Assembly (NCBI GenBank): GCA_964016885.1
Contig: OZ024740.1
Coordinates: forward strand, 301,196,001-301,260,000
DNA: 64,000 bases
Direction: 5' to 3'
From: Eledone cirrhosa
Lineage: Eukaryota
Shown here: positions 52,702-64,000 of the stretch, piece after piece
Layout: each line of letters begins with the position of its first letter
How positions within the stretch are numbered: the stretch's first letter is position 1
Notes under the pieces: generated by a model
Databases searched by the model: none
Told to the model about the DNA's origin: nothing
What the model saw: only the letters and a program-made list of their open reading frames with translations
Program-made: the position numbers and the translations under genes

Positions 52702-54699
52702 ATGGCTAATTCCCCTCTGCACGAAGCAGCTGAAAGCCTTCCTCACAAAATAACACCTCACACCGACACCACCATTGTAAATGTTACTACGTTTGCCAAC
52801 ACAAAAAAAAAAATATAAGCAGTAGCAATATTTTAAATTTGTCTCAGGCAGACATTCATTTCCCGCCATTACCAATGACTGCAGGTGTTAAACCCTCCAC
52901 CACCACCACCGCCGCGACAACCACCACCAGCACCACCACCACCACCGCGACAACAGAAACAAAAGAAGAAAAAAATAAATTAACTCGTGACGTCGAAATG
53001 AAATCAAGCAAAATGGACTCTTCCCCACCAAAGACGACTGACGTCACAACCACCACAACTGAAAATAAAATTAATATTAACGATAGCAACAACAACAACA
53101 ATGACATTATAAAACCGACCCTCAGTTTCGCCATCGTAGCAAAACAATTCGAAGCGTTCACGGTAACCCAAGAAGATTTAGAAAATGCCAAACAAATGGT
53201 AAAGAAAGATGGGTACAGGGTCAGCCACCCCCCCCCCCCACACCTAATAAAATGGAGCATCGGCGCCTGTGCACCGTGTCGTATAGAACAATAAATGTAA
53301 CTTCGCGCCGAGTGGAACGGGCATCCGAGTCCCAAATCCAAAAAGCTTTGGGACATGTGTGGGCAAGAAAAACCCATATCCGACGTGGGCAAAAGTATGG
53401 AACCGTGGATGTGCTCTTTGAAACACCAGAGGAGGCTAGAGAACACTCCATGGCCCCATTAAAAAGTGACGACCTCACACTCGTCCCAAGCTATTGTGTC
53501 AGAGACTCGTAAAGATCAGGGTGACCCACGTTCCACCGGCCATCGAAATTCCCTGGCTAATAGCGGCTGTCCTCACCGGCATCGAAGCCAACACGAAAAT
53601 AATAGCAGTAGCAAAAGAAAAGCAGGAAAACTGGTCCGGATCTGGGATGGAGCTCCTGATCCAAGCGGACCAAAAAAGCATTGAGGAGATCCCAGAGGTA
53701 ATATACCTCACTGACGGCAGCCACCTCACGGTAATTGTCGAGGGCAGAAGACCTAGGTGTGTCGTTTGTGGTGAAGGGACCCACCTAAGGGCTTTCTGCC
53801 CTCAGGCTAAAAGGTTGAGGCCACCTCTCCTACCCACCCCAGTGACAAAACCATCAACACCACCAGTAGCAGAGATGGCAGCAACAACTGTAGCAGCAAC
53901 AACAGAAGCAACTATAACAGCAACAACCCCAGCAACAGTAGCAAAACCAACACCACTACCACCACCAGCAAAACCAACACCACCACCACCCAACGCTTCA
54001 GAACTAGCACCAGCGCCTACACCATCCACCACACCACAACCAAAACTAACGGCTGTGGAGGATTTTCCACTCCCCGGCCTATCACAACTGGAGACAGATT
54101 GTGATGACGAGGAGTGGGAAACGATATCCGGAAAAAAAAAAAGAAACCAAAAAAGAAAAAATTCTCTTCCTTCCCCCTCCAAAAACAAAATACAGAGGGA
54201 AACAAATAAACTAAGAAACAAAAAAGTTAGGACAGATATGCCACCATCCACACCAGCATCACCAACCCCATCAACCCAAACACCAACACCATCACCATCA
54301 TCATCCCCAGCACCACCATCACCTACACCACAAAAGTCACCAAAAAGCGAAACAGAAACAAACCCACAACAAACGCAAACAAAACAAAACAACCAAAACG
54401 ATACACACTACACAGCATTAAATTTGAACAACAAGCAATTATTACACTACATCCAACACAACACCAGCATCACAGAAAAAGACTACACAACAACCCCAAA
54501 ATTCACACCACCTCCACACATACAAATCACTCGCATCACACAGAAAACGTACATGACACTAAAACAAAAATTCCCCAAAGACATCGGAGACTTCCGACAA
54601 GCACTCTCCAGGAGGATTTATAAGGACATCCTTCCTGAGTAGGCCACAAGCAGTGAAAAGGATGGAAAAGCCGTCCTTCCCCTACGAGAAGTAAGGTAA
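52702..54699 (+). pseudogene. T3 ORF1, broken by frameshifts and a late TAG (54640-54642)
   Basis: MANSPL..., KYGTVDVLFETPEEA and CVVCGEGTHLRAFC lie in different frames. Confidence 0.85.
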
Positions 54700-54733
54700 G
54701 TGGTCTTTCCCATCTTTTCCACTCCTTTTCAAC

Positions 54734-57700
54734 ATGACCTCACTCAGAATAGGCAGCATAAATGCGCGTGGCTTGGGGTCGTCATGGAAGCAGGGCCACC
54801 TGCTCAACGACCTCAGGTCACTAAACATAGATGTAGTGGCCATCAGCGAGACCAGAATCTCCGAAGCACAGGCTTTCGCACCGATCTTCGGCGGCTACGA
54901 TGTGTACGCATCTCCCAGCCGTCCGGGATCGGGGGGAGGAGTTGCTGTGCTTTATCGGAGAGGTTTGGATCTTGCCATACGGGCCATCTTCCTGGACCCA
55001 GAAGGTAAGTTGGTGGTGCTGGACGTGACCAGCGGAGACGGGCAAGCTTTCAGGTTAGTGGCCGTCTATGCCCCGACAGGAGCAGGGCGGCCTGATTTCT
55101 TCCGGCGTCTGGAGACCTTTCTTGGAACGTCCCGCTCTTTAGTGTTAGTGGGCGACTGGAACGGGATCTTAGATGCACGCTGGGATTGTGTGGGATTAGT
55201 GGATAGGGAAGGAGGGTGCAAGAGTCTCACCAACCTGCTCAGACGTTTTGAACTGTCTGACAGGTACCGAATGGATTTCCCGAATGTACCAATGTGGACT
55301 TGGACAAATCGCATAGGGTCATCCAGATCATATCTAGATAGAGTATTTTGTAGGGAAATAGATAGGTCTAGCATAGGCTGTCCACAATTCAAGATAGTCA
55401 GCTACACGGACCACAAATTCGTGATCTGTGTGCTTGACTTAGATAGGCTTCATAGACGAGGACCCGGCTACTGGAAGCTAAACGCGTCCTTACCAGCGCG
55501 CAAGGCCTACAGAGACCGGATTAGCGAACTAGTTAAGCGGGCGTTGACGGGGGCCATCGTCAACAACAAGTGGTGGTTTGCTCTGAAAAGAGCAATTAGA
55601 ATAGAGTCCATTAGGTTTAGTAAGACTTTAGCAATAGAGAAAAATAGAGCAGAGGGAGAATTAGTTAGAAAATTAGATGAGGCGCTTAGCAAAGGCATCG
55701 CGACCGACGTACTTGCGGCGAAATTGGCCCTTGACCAATTCTTCAATGCAAAGCACGAAGGCTGCGTTGTCAGAGCTAGGGTGCGTGCTCTCAGACACGA
55801 GGGGACGAAAGCCGTTGAATGGGCCCGAGTGGCGGAGGCGCGTCGTGGCAACAAGGCCACGATCGGGTCTTTGGTGGACCACGACGGGCGCATGCTACTC
55901 GATCCCGGGCAAATGTGTGAAGCTTTTCAGCGACACTTCGCTCAACTGTTCGGGGGCAGTGGCGGGCCGGATCGAGGGATGGACTTTAGTGTCTACCTCG
56001 ACGGACTGCCGCGGCTTTCGGCCACTGAGGCGGAGTGTTGCGAAAAGCCGATAACAACCGCTGAAGTACGGGATGCAATGACTAGTTGCACAAGGGGTAA
56101 ATCGCCTGGTTTGGATGGTCTGCCCTATGAACTTTACGTACAAATGCCAAACTTGTTCGGAGGCCTCTTGGCGGACGTCTACTGCAACTGGCAACAGAAC
56201 GGGAGAATTCCCAGCTCTGTGAGCCGAGGAGCGGTGGCGCTGCTGAGAAAGGATCCGAACAAGGGGGATAACATAGATAATTTTAGGCCCATAACTCTGC
56301 TAAACACAGAGTTCAAGATTTTGGCCAAGGTGCTAGCAAAGAGGTTGGCGCTTGTCGTTGGTGGTCTGGTGGGAGAGGCACAGACATGCGCCATTCCCGA
56401 CAGATCCATCCACGACAACCTCCACCTCATGCGATACATCGTAGAGAGGGTAGCTAGGGAACCTGGCACGGGTGGGTCTTTGATCAATTTAGATCAGTCG
56501 AAAGCCTTCGATAGGGTCGACCATCGTTACCTAGCGGCAGTCCTGAGGGCGGCTAGCTTTGGGCCCGTCTTCAGAGGCTGGATCGCTGCCATGCACAGCG
56601 ACATCTGCTCTGTAGTGAGAGTGAACGGTCACCTTTCGGAACCGTTCAACATCATGCGCTCGGTCCGCCAAGGATGTCCCCTCTCGTCCCTATTGTACGT
56701 ATTGACTCTCGAGCCATTACTGCACAAGCTGGAGACGTTGAGGGGGGTCCCGCGCGAACTAGGATGCGGAAGATCCGTGTCAGCATATGCCGACGATGTC
56801 ACCGTAGTGGTGTCGAACGCCAAACACATCGAGGCGATCGGCACTACACTAAGAGAATACGAAGCGGTGACAGGAGCAATGATCAACCAGGAAAAGTCAG
56901 TGGGCCTGCAGCTCGGCACCTGGAGAGGCAGGTCCATGCCGTCCAACAGCGTCGTCGGGCGCTGGACGGACGGACCGGTTAAATTGCTAGGGGTCTGGTT
57001 CGGTCCAGACCTCCAGACGGACAAAAACTGGGACGAGGTGACGAGCAGGGTGGCTTCTCTCACCCAGAAATGGGCCGAGAGGAAGCTATCCCTAAAAGGT
57101 CGAGCGGAGGTGGCGAATGCGTACATCGCATCCATCATCTACTACCGCCTGACCGTCGTACCTTGTCCTAAGCCCCGCCTGACTGCGCTGGAGCGTTTGC
57201 TCTTTCGCTTCTTGTGGAAGGGACGCGCTCCGATGGTCAGGCGGTCCATCTGCTGTCAACACCCGCTACGTGGATGGCTGGGCATGCCGTGGCTGATGAT
57301 GCACAGACACGCGCTCAGGCTACGACATCTCCACCTCTTCCTCGACGGTGATCAGGTGTGGTCGCCGTTTGCAAGACACGTTTTTCCCCAGCTCGTCTCC
57401 TTGACGGAGCTGCAGTCCTGGGTCAAGCGAAGACCGAGAGGGAGCGCTTGGAGACTGGAATGTCTTCAGGCGCTCACAGCCCTCGACCAATCGGGCAATG
57501 TGATCGGTGGAAACTCCACCTTGGCGTTCTATAGGGGATTAGTGGAGGGGAAGAGCGACGACGTACTTGGAGAAACTCTAGGCGTCGACGAAAATCAACT
57601 AGCCAATCTCTTCGGAAGGACTTTCGGGCCGGGGCCTATGGACAACTTCCAGAAATCCCTGGCCTGGCAGTGCTACCGAGGAGCTTTGCCAGTTCGGGAT

Positions 57701-58153
57701 AAACTCTACAGGCATGGAGGTGCCGTCAGCCGGGCATGTCCGAGATGCGCGCAGGGCGACGAAACCGTCCTGCACGCACTCGTCCAGTGTCCGAGCATTG
57801 CTGACTTGTGGGTTTATGTCGAACACCTGCTGTCACGTGTAGGACGGATCCGGCTATCAGCTGAGTCCATCGTGAGGATTGCCCCACCCCCTTCCTTTAG
57901 CCTGGAAGGGCAGGCAGTTTTTATCTGTCTGGTGGCCATGGCGAAAGAGATAGTATGGTGGACACGTTTGAAAGGGCTGAAGACGAGCACTTACCTCTTC
58001 GGTGATGCCCTGATTAACTTTTTCAAATTTCATTTGAAAAGGAAAATCAGGGTAGAGAGGGAAGTGCTCTCTTCCCAGCATTTTGTTGAAAGATGGGTGA
58101 GAGAAGCAAGTATGGCCCGAATGAATGGGCCTTCTCTGAGTATGTGTCTGTAA
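54734..58153 (+). CDS. T3 ORF2: intact 1139-aa APE endonuclease-reverse transcriptase (L1/Tx1 clade)
   Basis: SINARG, AISET, VYAP, GDWN, SYLDR, TDH (APE); KSPGLDG, RPITLLN, KAFDRV, RQGCPLS, YADD (RT); CPRC..ETVLHALVQC. Confidence 0.96.
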   Translation: MTSLRIGSINARGLGSSWKQGHLLNDLRSLNIDVVAISETRISEAQAFAPIFGGYDVYASPSRPGSGGGVAVLYRRGLDLAIRAIFLDPEGKLVVLDVTSGDGQAFRLVAVYAPTGAGRPDFFRRLETFLGTSRSLVLVGDWNGILDARWDCVGLVDREGGCKSLTNLLRRFELSDRYRMDFPNVPMWTWTNRIGSSRSYLDRVFCREIDRSSIGCPQFKIVSYTDHKFVICVLDLDRLHRRGPGYWKLNASLPARKAYRDRISELVKRALTGAIVNNKWWFALKRAIRIESIRFSKTLAIEKNRAEGELVRKLDEALSKGIATDVLAAKLALDQFFNAKHEGCVVRARVRALRHEGTKAVEWARVAEARRGNKATIGSLVDHDGRMLLDPGQMCEAFQRHFAQLFGGSGGPDRGMDFSVYLDGLPRLSATEAECCEKPITTAEVRDAMTSCTRGKSPGLDGLPYELYVQMPNLFGGLLADVYCNWQQNGRIPSSVSRGAVALLRKDPNKGDNIDNFRPITLLNTEFKILAKVLAKRLALVVGGLVGEAQTCAIPDRSIHDNLHLMRYIVERVAREPGTGGSLINLDQSKAFDRVDHRYLAAVLRAASFGPVFRGWIAAMHSDICSVVRVNGHLSEPFNIMRSVRQGCPLSSLLYVLTLEPLLHKLETLRGVPRELGCGRSVSAYADDVTVVVSNAKHIEAIGTTLREYEAVTGAMINQEKSVGLQLGTWRGRSMPSNSVVGRWTDGPVKLLGVWFGPDLQTDKNWDEVTSRVASLTQKWAERKLSLKGRAEVANAYIASIIYYRLTVVPCPKPRLTALERLLFRFLWKGRAPMVRRSICCQHPLRGWLGMPWLMMHRHALRLRHLHLFLDGDQVWSPFARHVFPQLVSLTELQSWVKRRPRGSAWRLECLQALTALDQSGNVIGGNSTLAFYRGLVEGKSDDVLGETLGVDENQLANLFGRTFGPGPMDNFQKSLAWQCYRGALPVRDKLYRHGGAVSRACPRCAQGDETVLHALVQCPSIADLWVYVEHLLSRVGRIRLSAESIVRIAPPPSFSLEGQAVFICLVAMAKEIVWWTRLKGLKTSTYLFGDALINFFKFHLKRKIRVEREVLSSQHFVERWVREASMARMNGPSLSMCL

Positions 58154-58395
58154 ATTAAAGGTGGAAAACTGGGAGAGGGCACTTGCCCTGGTGGTCAGGG
58201 CCACTGTGGTCTTTTAATGGGCTTTCTCCACAAATGTCCCTTGGAAGTCTCCCCCCTATTGGGGAATTTTTCTTTGTTATTTTATTTCAACCTCTGTTTT
58301 TTTACACGCAGAAATGCCCATTTATACCGTCCTGTATTGTCCTGTACTGTCCTTAATGTCTACTTTATGTGAACCCTTGTGGTTAATAAAGAAAA

Positions 58396-58463
<68 letters not shown>

Positions 58464-58568
58464 TACATTCAAAGAAAGCATGTCATGAATGATACAAAAT
58501 CAAACATATGACTTGTCTCTAAAAACAACTCAAGATAATAAAATGAAGCCTTAATCAATTATCAGAAA

Positions 58569-59156
58569 TTAATGAAATAAATTGATACACACTTAAGCGT
58601 GTACTAAGATATATCAAATCTTAAAAACTAGAGATAATATGTACTGAATGCAAGATTACTTAATTCGTAGCGTATCTTATTAAAATTAACAAAAATTAAA
58701 ACAATATAGCTGATAATGATCAGTATATATCCCTCATATGTATTCTCCCTATTTGGTGAGCTGTTTAATATGTTCAGAAGTTGGACTACTATTTCTAGTG
58801 GACGAGAATATTTTCATGTTGTTGCGTATGCTTCATTCATATATTGACACCATGTGATTTTTAGTCACTTTCAACCCTGTATCGATCGACATTGGTTATT
58901 TTGGAATTCCCTCACTGACAATCCGTTTCAAAATACCCAATTTCGTCTTTACTTGGTGAAATCTATTCTAATGTTATGGAGAATACATATGAGGGAAATA
59001 TATTGATCATTATCACTATTTTGTTTTAATTTTTATTAATTTTAATTTTAACTCTACGAATTAAGTAATCTTGCTTTCAGTAACAGATTGTCTCTAGTCT
59101 TTAAGCTTTGATATATCTTAGTACATGCTTAAGTGTGTATGAATACATTTCATTAA
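58569..59156. mobile_element. Fold-back/MITE-like element with ~180-bp diverged inverted arms
   Basis: 58569-58748 versus the reverse complement of 58978-59156 (e.g. ccctcatatgtattctcc / ggagaatacatatgaggg). Confidence 0.8.
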
Positions 59157-59162
59157 CTATCT

Positions 59163-59198
<36 letters not shown>

Positions 59199-59199
59199 G

Positions 59200-59277
<78 letters not shown>

Positions 59278-59307
59278 AGATCTAAAGATGGTTAAAAGAG
59301 TTCCAAG

Positions 59308-59378
59308 TATTTTATTATGCGCATTTCAAAAACAAATATCATCATGGGATGATATCTGCGTGCTCATCAGATAAGTTA
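59308..59378 (-). ncRNA. Second minimal hammerhead ribozyme with a weaker stem I
   Basis: Minus strand: uaacuuau CUGAUGA gcacgcagauaucaucccaugaugauauuuguuuuu GAAA ugcgca UA auaaaa. Confidence 0.65.
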
Positions 59379-59787
59379 GGGAGACATGATATGAAGCTTA
59401 AAAAACACTTGTGAATAGTGAAGTTTTAAATCAATATATGAAAAATAAATTTAGATTGATGTATAAGATTTGGAAAAAGTGAGGGGGGTCGGAAAAGGTA
59501 AGGAAGAGGAAGAGATGAGAGTAAAGAATGGTGGGGGGAGGAGTATAAGAAGAAAGGATGAGAGGAGGAGAGATGGGTGGGAGAGAGAGTAAAGGTTATC
59601 TCTCTCTCTCTCCCACCCATCTCTCCTCCTCTCTCATCCTTCCTTCTTATACTCCACCCCCATCATTCTTTACTCTCATCTCTTCCTCTTCCTTACCTTT
59701 TCCGACCCCCCCTCACTTTTTCCCAATCTCATACATCAATCTTAATTTATTTTTCATATGGTTTTTAAGCTTCATATCATGTCTCCC

Positions 59788-59858
59788 TATTTTATCTGAT
59801 GAGAACGCAGATATCATCCTATGATGATATTTGTTTTTGAAATGCGCATAATAAAATA
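59788..59858 (+). ncRNA. Minimal type I hammerhead ribozyme
   Basis: Stem I UAUUUUAU/AUAAAAUA (8 bp); CUGAUGA at 59796-59802; long stem II (GCAGAUAUCAUC/GAUGAUAUUUGU); GAAA at 59839-59842; palindromic UGCGCA; UA cleavage site after 59850. Confidence 0.8.
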
Positions 59859-59978
59859 CTTTGAACTCTTTTAACCATCTTTTGATCTTATATTATTTAT
59901 ACTCCAGTCCTACAAATTGTAGAGTGCTACTTATCCGATATTTGCATTGCTTTATTGTGCTACAATAAAACACACCTC

Positions 59979-60026
<48 letters not shown>

Positions 60027-60716
60027 AAACAGAGGGGGCCAAGATGAATAAGGTCCCCATCCTATTTATTTTGTATCAGTCCTCAATATTTGAACAAAGC
60101 AAGATTTACATATTAATAAATGCTTTCAGTATGTATAACTAGCTATATCATAGACTTGGTTTAGAAAGGTACATATTCTCCAGAAATCTGAATATCTCTC
60201 TTATGACATATCCTTTTATAAACTGTATGACAAAATACTTTCGGAATGGTGTTTACTTCACTTCTCTTTAATATTTTAACGTCACCAGAGATACGAAATG
60301 TATTACTTATAAAAGTTACGCTGCATATTAATATAGATATGTAAAGCACATACATATAGAGTCCTTAATCAAATATTAAATCCACAAAACAAATAAATGA
60401 AAAAGAATAAGCACATATAATGTTGAAAAAAATTAAAATCAAATTATATTGAAATTATATTGAATTTTTTGTATGTTAGTTTTTTAATAAATATATGAGC
60501 TTGTTATAAAATATGTGTAGATTTATCGATTCTCCAGTGTCGTATTTATTGCTTTCCATTGAGAATTAATTTTGATTCACAAAGACTGTCATTAATAATA
60601 AAAAATAGAATTGTTGATGGCCTTTACATCCATTTCATTGCATGAAGCATTGTTTATTGTATTTGGCCCTATGTGAATTATATTGCGACATCTGTGAACG
60701 CAACTGAGATGATATG

Positions 60717-61050
<334 letters not shown>

Positions 61051-61966
61051 TGAGAAGAACCAGGAAATAAACTGTTATTTCATTTAATTTTTCTTCCATT
61101 TTCTAATAACGAAACAATATTTCTGTAATGGTTTATTTGTATATAATCACAGCATATATCTAAATTTTGTTTTACTATATTGAGGATCATATTTCTACGA
61201 AGACACTTCTGCTGTTGCCACGTGTGGATCAGTGTTCTATGTTCTTTATGGCTCTGATTTGGAAATAATCATATATAATGGAAAATAATAATTGCTGTTT
61301 TTAGACATTCTTCATAATAACTTCTAGAGAAAAAGCACATACTGAATAATACGCCTGTTGCAACATAATATCACATATGAAATAAATTCGCTTACAATAA
61401 TTTTTGTATATGACAATTGTCATTTATTCAGATCCAATTTTTTAATATACCATGTATGTCTCTCAACTGAATTGATGCACTATAAATTTTACAGCCCGAA
61501 TTACGTTATTCGAGTTTATTGTCGCTAGGCAGCATATATGTATGTGAAAGACAAATAGATTGCTACGTTCAGATATATATATAATGGAAAATAATCAATT
61601 ACTAAATATTGCCCGAGTACAACCAACAAGACAAAGTCAAATTGAATCCATTTGGATTAACCATTGTGCCTTCTCTTGAAATTGTAATATATTTTTCTCT
61701 CAGAAATATATATATATGCTTATATACATGTTGTATTACTTAATTGTAAACAATATTTCTGCATAAAGAGCCTCTACTTCCCTGTTTACTTTCAAATTTC
61801 AGACATATAATTTCAGTAGAAAATGTGTAGTATTTCATGTAAATGTGGTATATATTTTATGCATACGTTTTCCAGCATGGTCTCATAAAGTGTATAGCTA
61901 TATCTCTATTCTCCTCTTTAAACATACATACATGCTTTCACACACATATATATATAAATAAGTATA

Positions 61967-62039
<73 letters not shown>

Positions 62040-62167
62040 TGCAGATAATTAGTGTATTTGTATGTTTTATATGTGTCTCGCGTATATGTGTGTGAATAAT
62101 CGGTTGATGTACGAAAGATTCCGAAAATCTGAAATTGGAAATAGTCTTCCCATCGCAGGTGAATTTT

Positions 62168-62350
62168 AATAATTGTTTCTACGTTAGGCACAAGGCCAGC
62201 AATAACCCAGTGCATTACTGGTACTTCATTTTATCGACCCCGTAAGGATGAAAGGCAAAGTTAACCTTGGCGGGATTTGAACTCAGAAAGGCAAGGGCCG
62301 TAACTCTATACGTCAATGCATGGCGTCCGACCCTCTACCAATACTGCCAA
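62168..62350 (-). mobile_element. tRNA-derived SINE, same family as 4597-4782
   Basis: B-box GAGTTCAAATCCCGCC and A-box TGGCAGTATTGG on the minus strand; same core and tail. Confidence 0.87.
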
Positions 62351-62368
62351 TAATGCTTCATTACTATA

Positions 62369-62527
62369 AATAATAGTTTCTACATTTGCCACAGCGCCAG
62401 CTATTACATCAGTGCATTGCTGGAAACTTTATTTTATTCGACTACGGCGGGATTTGAAATCAGAATGTAAAGGGCTATAACTGTATAATGCATTGCATGG
62501 CGTTTGATGCTCTACCGATACTGCTAA
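62369..62527 (-). mobile_element. Second, internally deleted tandem SINE copy
   Basis: Colinear with 62168-62350 but lacks the ggatgaaaggcaaag block. Confidence 0.75.
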
Positions 62528-62599
62528 ACCATAATATATGAACAATGAATCTCGAAGACTCTTTTTACTGCTGTATCACTTTCCTTATGTATGTTCAAT

Positions 62600-63600
62600 A
62601 CATACTGATTCTCCAGGAACACCTTTTTTCTAGGTTACTACTTGCTTATACTTATTTTCTCTGAGGTATCTAGTCAAAATTGCTGCCATATCGGAGACGT
62701 ATATTATCCATCCAATATTTAGAATTGGTATTGTTCTGAATACATAATATCATTGGAATTATTCTCTTTTCAAATGTACTCTCCATAAGCTCTTATCGTT
62801 TCTGCTAGTGCTTCCTTTTCAAATATTTGTATAGATATTCTTAGAATTCCCTCCTAATTGATATTACCTTATTTTAATATGCAGTGTCTTTTCAGTCTCG
62901 TCTATCCATAAAGATTTGAATGAGTGATTATGGTGTACACTCTTAAATCACTGTCTATATCTAGTGTTATAAATCCATTTCTGGTTATTTTGATTCTTAG
63001 TATTGCAGCTTTTGCATATGTATCTAATCTCTTAATCATTCTTGTGTATTGGTTGAATTGATTAACAATTCTCTAATTTAAGGTTTATGAATTTTTATAG
63101 ATCATCTATATAGAAAATAACATTAAACATTGGATATATATTAAACAAAACAAATTAAAAGTGATATACATTTTAAATTATACCTACCTTGATGCATAGT
63201 GCTAGTTTCAATTGCATGTTCTTTAATTTCTAGTCATATAATAGTTTTAAATTTTGCAATGGTACGTATTAAGAAATTCATTAATGTGGAGTTAGACTTG
63301 ATTAGGTGGACTGATTTCAGTATCAAGTGTTGGGAAATACTGATAAATTTCTGTTCGTAGTAAATTCGAGCCATCTGAGTTCTTTCTCTTCCATAATTTC
63401 CCGAATCACCAACAGTCACTCATTTTCTACGGAAAGTCTCTTTTTTAAATAGAATGTTGATTACAGAGTGTGTAATCAACATGCTGTACAGTATGGGTCT
63501 GCTCCAATTGCGTACCCTACTTCGCAATGTTCTGGTCTCTCAAGCTGAGATAATTTTAGGTAAACTTTGCTAAATATCCGACCAAAAAGAATATTCTAAA
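62600..63600 (-). pseudogene. Ancient R4/Dong-like RT remnant
   Basis: Minus strand FYIDDL (63115-63098) followed ~270 nt later by YKYL (~62832-62820), roughly the arrangement seen in families A and B. Confidence 0.45.
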
Positions 63601-63754
63601 TGTACATAAATTAATCGTTCAATTATATAGATCAAGCACCAAGATCAAATTTGCCTCCCATTATTCCGGGCACGATAAAACAAAGTATCAATCAAGCAGA
63701 GATATGATATCGATATGTTCGACATTTCCTTCCCAACAAATTGTAGAAATCATT

Positions 63755-63811
63755 GTCACCATCATCAACATATCATCATCATCATCATCATAATCACCAT
63801 CAATATCATCC

Positions 63812-63866
<55 letters not shown>

Positions 63867-63895
63867 TACTAATATCAATATCATTTTCATATCGT
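63755..63895. repeat. (CAT)n microsatellite
   Basis: Directly visible. Confidence 0.95.
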
Positions 63896-64000
63896 ATATG
63901 GTGCTTCATTTGTCATTTAGTGTTTCTGTTTATCGCTTATATTCTATTACCCTTCCCTTCGTCATATGTATTATTTGAGTTCACTGCTTTCTTATTTTTA

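Larger units (their letters stand above)
52493..58396 (+). mobile_element. T3: full-length L1/Tx1-clade element
   Basis: Same 5' end as T1 (ggcgacctacgtag); AATAAA at 58385-58390 followed by (ATT)n 58397-58460. Confidence 0.96.
59271..59895. mobile_element. Inverted pair of ~300-bp Penelope-like (pLTR-type) repeats
   Basis: 59271-~59589 is the reverse complement of ~59600-59895, with a ~30-bp extra block in the left arm. Each arm carries a minimal hammerhead. Confidence 0.75.

Noticed and set aside
15781-58460. Target-site duplications; CRISPR-like or telomeric (HeT-A/TART/SART-like) interpretation of the array
   Set aside because: TSDs cannot be resolved inside pure microsatellite. Spacers are TAA rather than a telomeric repeat, ordinary DNA lies on both sides, and the sequence is eukaryotic with no cas genes.

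Overview
AT-rich, microsatellite-dense animal genomic DNA with no recognisable host gene. The tRNA-derived SINE resembles octopod SINEs, so a mollusc/cephalopod origin is inferred, not proven. The core (15781-58460) is a 42.7-kb array of 12 non-LTR retrotransposon copies; every junction but one is a (TAA)n/(TTA)n tract. Nine copies are R4/Dong-clade RT + restriction-like-endonuclease elements from two families (A x6, B x3) and three are L1/Tx1-clade APE-RT elements (T1-T3). Dong and Tx1 copies lie in opposite orientation relative to the microsatellite, and microsatellite polarity flips at the centre of a ~6.8-kb tail-to-tail palindrome (25364/25365). The strongest novelty candidate is a homologous ~110-220-nt 5' leader shared by both Dong families and Tx1 copy T2, suggesting promoter exchange between unrelated retrotransposon clades that use the same target. 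T2 also has a different 5'UTR/ORF1 on an almost identical ORF2. The flanks hold an older Tx1 copy ending in (TATC)n, a non-autonomous Helitron, SINEs, several fold-back elements, decayed LINE remnants and an inverted Penelope-like repeat with two minimal hammerhead ribozymes. All alignments were done by eye.
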